Assembly (NCBI GenBank): GCA_045660825.1
Contig: JAZREN010000060.1
Span: forward strand, 30,709 to 94,708
Direction: 5' to 3'
From: Bacteroidaceae bacterium
GTDB lineage: Bacteria; Bacteroidota; Bacteroidia; Bacteroidales; Bacteroidaceae
DNA: 64,000 nucleotides
This document shows positions 58,745 through 64,000 of the stretch, one piece after another. A model generated the notes under the pieces. The model did not search any database and was not told the DNA's origin. It saw only the letters and a program-made list of their open reading frames with translations. How positions within the stretch are numbered: position 1 is the stretch's first letter; the number at the start of each line of letters is the position of its first letter. A program made the position numbers and the translations under genes.

Positions 58745-60178
58745 TTACTCCTCTACAGCATCTTCCTGTGTCCAGCCATACTCAACCTCGGCATCGGGCA
58801 GAGGGAATATGAAGTTCTCCTCATGGAGTGTAACATCGGGGCAATGACTCAATACACCTGTCACGCCATGAGTCTTGAGGAACCAGAAATACTGACCCTC
58901 GCCATAAAACTCCTTACGGTACTCCTTGTTAAGGGCCGCCATGCACAACTCCTCTGTGTCACACGACACGTCCTTTGCTTTGGAGATACCGCGCTTGTTG
59001 CGCACGCTGTTTACATAAATAGCAGCCTCATCAGCGTTTTCGGAGGCCTCGCAGGCAATGTAATACATCTCGGGCAGGCGGATGAGTGGAATTATACCGC
59101 TCTTGTTCTCAATGTACTTCAATGATATTGCACACTGCTGCTCGTTGTTGCGGTAGAACGCTGTACCCTTGGCACGCATATCCTCACTCTCGGAACCTAC
59201 AGTCTCGAATATCTGGTTCAAGGTAGGGATGTTAAGATAATACTTTGTATTCATCTTCTCACCCACAGCAAAGTATTCAGAGAGATTGTCCTCAAGCTCA
59301 TACATGTTGATACCGAAGATTACCTCCTTTGACAATATCGGGTCGTTATCGTTGCCGCTCTCGAGCGAAAGGCCACACTCGTCGATTACCATGCTGGCAT
59401 ACATGGCCGCACTGTCCTTTTCACCGGCATAGTTGTAGACACGTGCCAACATGGCATTTATCGCATGATAGTTCATGCGCATATTCCTCTTGTTCAAGTC
59501 GGCACCCAAATCCAAATCTTTTTCATGGGACAGGCACTCGCGGGCGGTCTTCAAGTCGTTGATGATGCGCTCTACCACCTCACTTGCAGGCAACAAAGGT
59601 TGCTTTGAGTGGTCGGCAACCGTGCGATAAGGCATGCACTTGACATCCCCGGCTTTGGCGTTGCCAGCATAGTCCATAGGGCCCCATCCGCGCAGCAAGT
59701 CGAAGTGCAGGAATGCACGCAAGGCAAGTGCCTCGCCACGTATCATGTTGCGGGTTGTAGAGTCAAGCAACACCACCTCACCATTCAAATTCCACCACTT
59801 GAGGAGGTTGTTGGCATTGGCGATGATGTTGTACTGGGCACGCCATGTATTTGCAAGTACACCTTTTGTATTATATGCACCACTGGTCTCACGGTCATAG
59901 ATATACACGCTGTTGCGGTCAGTAGTTCCGTCAGGGAGCTTGTCATACATCTGCGCAAGTTGCTCCATGAGTCCGAAACTGAGGTTCTTGCCATATGTAT
60001 CCTCCTCGGTCATCAGAATGTAAAGACCGGCAAGCGCACTATTGAAACCATTCTCGGTTGTAAACAGTTCCTTTGCAGGCAAATCGGTATTGGGAGTCAC
60101 GTCCAACCACTCTGAACACGAGGGCAGTGACACCATGCTTGCAAAAGCGACTATAATTATATAAATGATTCTTTTCAT
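58745..60178 (-). CDS. RagB/SusD family nutrient-uptake outer membrane lipoprotein
   Basis: Lipobox VSLPSCSEWLDVTPNTDL, a TPR-like helical body, and position immediately downstream of SusC. Confidence 0.85.
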   Translation of the reverse strand: MKRIIYIIIVAFASMVSLPSCSEWLDVTPNTDLPAKELFTTENGFNSALAGLYILMTEEDTYGKNLSFGLMEQLAQMYDKLPDGTTDRNSVYIYDRETSGAYNTKGVLANTWRAQYNIIANANNLLKWWNLNGEVVLLDSTTRNMIRGEALALRAFLHFDLLRGWGPMDYAGNAKAGDVKCMPYRTVADHSKQPLLPASEVVERIINDLKTARECLSHEKDLDLGADLNKRNMRMNYHAINAMLARVYNYAGEKDSAAMYASMVIDECGLSLESGNDNDPILSKEVIFGINMYELEDNLSEYFAVGEKMNTKYYLNIPTLNQIFETVGSESEDMRAKGTAFYRNNEQQCAISLKYIENKSGIIPLIRLPEMYYIACEASENADEAAIYVNSVRNKRGISKAKDVSCDTEELCMAALNKEYRKEFYGEGQYFWFLKTHGVTGVLSHCPDVTLHEENFIFPLPDAEVEYGWTQEDAVEE

Positions 60179-60195
60179 ATTATTCCTGATTTTTA

Positions 60196-63100
60196 TCATC
60201 TGAACATAATTGAGAGTGAGAGGGTGTATGAACGTGCAAACGGATAATCGAGTCCACGCTCCATCTTTATGGTTGAGATGCGTGCAAGGTCATTGGTTGT
60301 AAAGTTCAATGCAAGCACATCAATGTTTGCACGGCGCAGATACTTGAAGTCCTCACCGGTAAACCTGTAACCTACGTTCATTGTCGCAAGCCTTACTTCA
60401 TTGTCGTCCATTATGAATCGTGTGCTGGCAGGTGTGTTGGCACCTGTGGGGCTGAAGCCTACATAAGGAGTGACATCGCCCGGTTTCTCCCAACGTCCCT
60501 GTCCTGCACGGTTATCAAGGTTGTATGCCACATTCTGGTTCTCAATCTTGTCCACAAGAGTCTGGTTATACACTACTCCACCATATTTATATGTAAAACC
60601 GAGTGTGCAGGACAAATCTTTCCAGTTTATACTTGTCGAGAGTGTACCGCTGATTTTCGGGTTCAAATCGCCCACGGCAACCTTGTCATTTGCATTCCAA
60701 ACAAATGTCTTTGTACCGTCGCGTTTGAGGTAGACCTCCTTACCCGTTACGGGATCAACGCCCAACGAGCGCACCACATAAAGCGTAGTGGTTGACTCAC
60801 CCTCGCGGTACTGTGGCAATGGAGCCGAAGCCGAAGCCATCTGCTTTTCATTTTCTTTCTTCAGAAACTCCGACAATTTGAGAATCTTGTTCCTATTGGC
60901 ATTGGCATTGGCATTGATTGTCCAGAAGAACTGCTTGCGCAAATTCTGCACGGCAACAACGTTCAACGTAACATCGTAACCTTGATTCTGCAACTCACCG
61001 GCATTCATTACCATAGTAGAGAAACCGGTTGAAGGAGCAAGGTCGTAGTTGGTAAGAAGTTCCTTTGTGATGTTGTTATAGTAGTTGAAGGTAACATTCA
61101 CACGGTTCTTCCAGAATCCGAAGTCGAGCGAAACGCTGGCGTTATGTGTTTTTGCCCAGCCAAGGCTTGGATTGTTAAGGCCGCTCAACAGAGCTCCCAA
61201 AACGGGGAATGAGTTGTAGGGGCGCATTGTCTCGGAGAATGTATAGTACTCAATGGCATCTGCGGGGCTGAAGTTCTGCTCACCGGTGACACCGTAGCTT
61301 GCACGAAGCACAAGATTTGAGAGGTAACCCTGCAGCCACTTCTCGTTGTGGGCATTCCAACGTCCGCCGACAGACCAGAAGGGAACAAGTTCATGGTTCG
61401 CATAACGCGATGAAGCCTCGCCGCTGATATTGAAGTCGGCAGAATAACGGTTGTCATAGCTATAAGAGAACTGTCCGATGAGTCCTATCGAACGCGAAAT
61501 GTTCTCACTACCGATGTTGCTCATGCTTGTCTCCATCTTGTTACCGAAGATGAAATCATCCATGTGCGAATCGGGGTATCCTGTTGCCGAAAGGTTAACA
61601 TAGTTGTTCTTGTCCTCATTCACAGTCCAGTTACCGAACACACTGAACAGGTGCTTGTCGAGCACAAGATTATAGTTGATACCAAAGTTGCTCGACCATG
61701 ATGACATCTCACCCGAGCTCTTGTAGTAGCTTCCTTTACGGGTCAGGTCATCCTCAGTCTCAAAACTTGTATGGTCGGCCGGGAGGAATCTGTCTGTTCC
61801 CGCCAATCCTCTTGTATATGAGAGTTGCTCGGTGACACGCAGATTCTTCAGTATCATATACTCAAGGCTGAGGTTTGTTGTCATGCTCAAACTGTTTGTC
61901 CGGTCCTTTATACCTACAGTAGCATCGTAAAGAGGATTGGTTATCATCTTGCTCTGACCGCTGACAGTGTTGTTGTCGAGCACCTTTATCTGCTGTCCGT
62001 TGGCGTCGGTAGGTATATAATAAGGATTGAGCCTTGTATATTGCGAGTATGAGCCATAGGGCGAATTGCTGCTGTTCGACTCGGAAAGACCCACATTGGC
62101 ACGCATTGTGAACTTATCTTTGAGATAGGTCATATTGAAGTTCACACCCTTTGTTCCGTTGCTTGAACCCTTCATCACACCGGGCTGCATTGCCGCATTA
62201 ATGTCAAGACTGTAGCGGAACACTTCGGTACCACCGGCAACACTCAAAGAGTGGCGGTTCTGTATGGCTGTACGCAAAGGCTTTGAGAGCCAATAGGTAT
62301 CGACACCGCCAAGCACATTGCGACGGTAGCTGTTATATAGGTTCATCTGTGCCGCGTTTGTAGGGCTGTAAAGACCGGCTCTCCACTCAGTCTCGAGTTT
62401 TGTGGCAGCATCCATCATGTTGTAGTCTGTAAGGTCAGGAGTCTGCACAGTCATTGTTCCGTTGTACGACACTGAGAGGGCACCGTCGGGTGCAACCTTT
62501 GTCTCGACAACTACAACGCCATTGGCTGCACGCGAACCGTAGACCGATGTAGCCGCAGCATCCTTGAGCACAGTGATTGTCTCCACACGTTCAGGGTCAA
62601 GGTCTAGGATTCTGCTCATTGGAACAATGAAACCGTCGAGCACAAAGAGCGGAGTGTTTGGACGGCTCGAAACGTTGTCGAGCATAAGGTCCATGCTGTT
62701 CATTGACTTTGAGCCAAGCGACTGGTCACCACGAATCTGGAAATCGGGCTCGGCATTGGGGTCCGAACCGGTGAGGTTGTTCTCTATGATCTTGAAACTG
62801 GGGTCGAAGAACTGTATACCCTTGAGAATGTTCGTCGGGCTCATCTTGCGCAAATCGTCACCCTTTACCTCCACGTAGTTTCCGGTGAAGCTGTCCTTGC
62901 TTCGGCGGCTTATACCGGTAACGACCACCTCGGCCATCTCAATCGATGGTTTCAACTCAAAAACAAGATTATTCTCATCCTTAAGTATCTGCTTTGAGAC
63001 AGTTTCATAGCCAACGTAAGAAATACTGATTGATTCCTTTTTATTCAATCGCAGGCTAAACTTGCCATCAATATCTGTTTGGCATCCTCTTGCACCTTTT

Positions 63101-63573
63101 TTATCGCCAGTTCCGTCGGTTATCAATACGGTTGCTCCAATGAGCGACTCCTGTGTATCACGGTCAAATACCTGTCCCGACACAAAAACCTCGTCGCCTT
63201 TATCACTACCACCCTCCTTTTTCTTGTCGGGCTGAAGGATAATCTGGTTCTCTCCCTCGTAGCGTATTATCACGTCCTGGTCACCTACAAGCTCACCTAA
63301 CACCTTGTCAAGCGGTTTATTCTTGACAGCAAGGCTTATAGGCTTATTGACATTCCATAGTGCGACTTCCTGAAGCGTAATTTTAGCATTCGCAGCCTCG
63401 GCAACCATTTCGAGCACCTTGCCCAATGGTTGGTTACTCACCCTCAATGTCACCGGCTTCTCCTTCCAACTGGCCGCGTCCTGTGCATTCACAGCAGCTG
63501 TGCCACAAAATAACAGCACAACAAGAACAGCTATTTTACCGAAGAGCCTCATATTGAAATTTGTTTTCCCCAT
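60196..63573 (-). CDS. SusC/RagA family TonB-linked outer membrane transporter with an N-terminal STN signalling domain
   Basis: After the signal peptide comes an STN-like segment (VTLRVSNQPLGKVLEMVAE...ISLAVKNKPLDKVLGELV...IIRYEGENQIILQP). A CarboxypepD_reg-like domain follows (VSGQVFDRDTQESLIGATVLI), then a plug and a 22-strand barrel ending ...TLSLSIMFR. Confidence 0.9.
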   Translation of the reverse strand: MGKTNFNMRLFGKIAVLVVLLFCGTAAVNAQDAASWKEKPVTLRVSNQPLGKVLEMVAEAANAKITLQEVALWNVNKPISLAVKNKPLDKVLGELVGDQDVIIRYEGENQIILQPDKKKEGGSDKGDEVFVSGQVFDRDTQESLIGATVLITDGTGDKKGARGCQTDIDGKFSLRLNKKESISISYVGYETVSKQILKDENNLVFELKPSIEMAEVVVTGISRRSKDSFTGNYVEVKGDDLRKMSPTNILKGIQFFDPSFKIIENNLTGSDPNAEPDFQIRGDQSLGSKSMNSMDLMLDNVSSRPNTPLFVLDGFIVPMSRILDLDPERVETITVLKDAAATSVYGSRAANGVVVVETKVAPDGALSVSYNGTMTVQTPDLTDYNMMDAATKLETEWRAGLYSPTNAAQMNLYNSYRRNVLGGVDTYWLSKPLRTAIQNRHSLSVAGGTEVFRYSLDINAAMQPGVMKGSSNGTKGVNFNMTYLKDKFTMRANVGLSESNSSNSPYGSYSQYTRLNPYYIPTDANGQQIKVLDNNTVSGQSKMITNPLYDATVGIKDRTNSLSMTTNLSLEYMILKNLRVTEQLSYTRGLAGTDRFLPADHTSFETEDDLTRKGSYYKSSGEMSSWSSNFGINYNLVLDKHLFSVFGNWTVNEDKNNYVNLSATGYPDSHMDDFIFGNKMETSMSNIGSENISRSIGLIGQFSYSYDNRYSADFNISGEASSRYANHELVPFWSVGGRWNAHNEKWLQGYLSNLVLRASYGVTGEQNFSPADAIEYYTFSETMRPYNSFPVLGALLSGLNNPSLGWAKTHNASVSLDFGFWKNRVNVTFNYYNNITKELLTNYDLAPSTGFSTMVMNAGELQNQGYDVTLNVVAVQNLRKQFFWTINANANANRNKILKLSEFLKKENEKQMASASAPLPQYREGESTTTLYVVRSLGVDPVTGKEVYLKRDGTKTFVWNANDKVAVGDLNPKISGTLSTSINWKDLSCTLGFTYKYGGVVYNQTLVDKIENQNVAYNLDNRAGQGRWEKPGDVTPYVGFSPTGANTPASTRFIMDDNEVRLATMNVGYRFTGEDFKYLRRANIDVLALNFTTNDLARISTIKMERGLDYPFARSYTLSLSIMFR

Positions 63574-63600
63574 AAGAATACGGTTGTTATGGTTTAAAAT

Positions 63601-64000
63601 TTATTGCATGAGCATGTCCAAGATGCTCTTGTAGAATGCGTTGCTGTTGTATTTTTCAACATAGTCCTTGTAGAGGACATCGGCACGTTCTATCTCACGG
63701 CCGTTCAATATGAAGTTACGTAGCAAGGTGTAGAGAACAAAATCCCTTGGTGCACCATCGTAGAACCCTGCGAGTTCCTTGTACATATCCTCCATCACTG
63801 TAGGCATGGTGTATACCTCGCCACGCTCCTTGGCAGCCTTCTCGTTCATATAGAAGCAATAGCGCATGAGGAAGCTTGCATACTCGGAACAGTTCATTGA
63901 CTCGGCATCGTCCCTGACAACATAACCGTCCATGATGTTCCAGTAGTCACCAATCTCCTGCTCCTCGACAGGAACACCCCTTACACTTGCATACATCACC
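63601..64000 (-). CDS. Unknown protein, C-terminal 132 aa only (frame open to the window edge)
   Basis: The frame is stop-free to position 64000 and lies 27 nt upstream of susC on the same strand. The sequence is helical and does not resemble a FecR C-terminus. Confidence 0.45.
   Translation of the reverse strand, partial: VMYASVRGVPVEEQEIGDYWNIMDGYVVRDDAESMNCSEYASFLMRYCFYMNEKAAKERGEVYTMPTVMEDMYKELAGFYDGAPRDFVLYTLLRNFILNGREIERADVLYKDYVEKYNSNAFYKSILDMLMQ

Noticed and set aside
57815-59125. A 436-aa plus-strand ORF.
   Set aside because: It is antisense across the DUF4843-like/SusD junction. The minus-strand frames have lipoprotein signals and operon logic, and the plus-strand product has neither.
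1-64000. CRISPR arrays, IS elements or transposases, prophage modules, restriction-modification, toxin-antitoxin or other known defence systems.
   Set aside because: None was seen. There are no regularly spaced direct repeats and no ORFs with transposase, integrase, nuclease or methylase signatures, apart from the housekeeping XerD and RNA methyltransferase.

Overview
The window reads as a Bacteroidota (Bacteroidales-type) chromosomal segment. The cues are TAnnTTTG-type -7 promoter boxes, a SusC/SusD pair, PorU/PorV type IX secretion genes and the uppS-bamA-ompH-murI arrangement. The family cannot be determined from the sequence alone. About 75% of the window (1-49.3 kb) is densely packed core housekeeping: secDF (truncated by the window edge and missing from the ORF track), two rhomboid proteases, argS, RNase H, two LTA-synthase-like genes, purD, a THUMP RNA methyltransferase, rubrerythrin, class I fumarase, hflX, dprA, xerD, rbfA and a LolE-like permease. 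A 17.7 kb minus-strand envelope-biogenesis block follows (murI, 3x ompH, bamA, uppS, ribD, ispF, porV, porU, rex), then pyrE, argH and tRNA-Leu(UAA). No CRISPR array, IS element, integrase/phage module, toxin-antitoxin pair or recognisable defence system was seen. The only accessory-looking part lies downstream of the tRNA (49.3-64 kb) and has three components. (1) A four-module Ig-like T9SS cargo gene. (2) A 750-bp non-coding scar holding an orphan, interrupted second copy of the cargo C-terminal sorting domain, a short repeat also present 49 kb away upstream of secDF, and REP-like palindromes. (3) An ~11.5 kb tightly coupled minus-strand operon, SusC(STN)-SusD-DUF4843-PKD-like lipoprotein followed by three tandem TlpA-type thiol:disulfide oxidoreductases, with no carbohydrate-active enzyme. 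One oxidoreductase carries CxxS instead of CxxC. This CAZyme-free operon is the best candidate for a functionally undescribed system, but its role is inference only. Family names for DUF4843, PKD-like, DUF6089 and similar come from remembered sequence signatures, not from searches. Many ORF-track starts were trimmed to the first ATG that yields a plausible signal peptide or promoter spacing, because the track uses TTG/GTG extensions.
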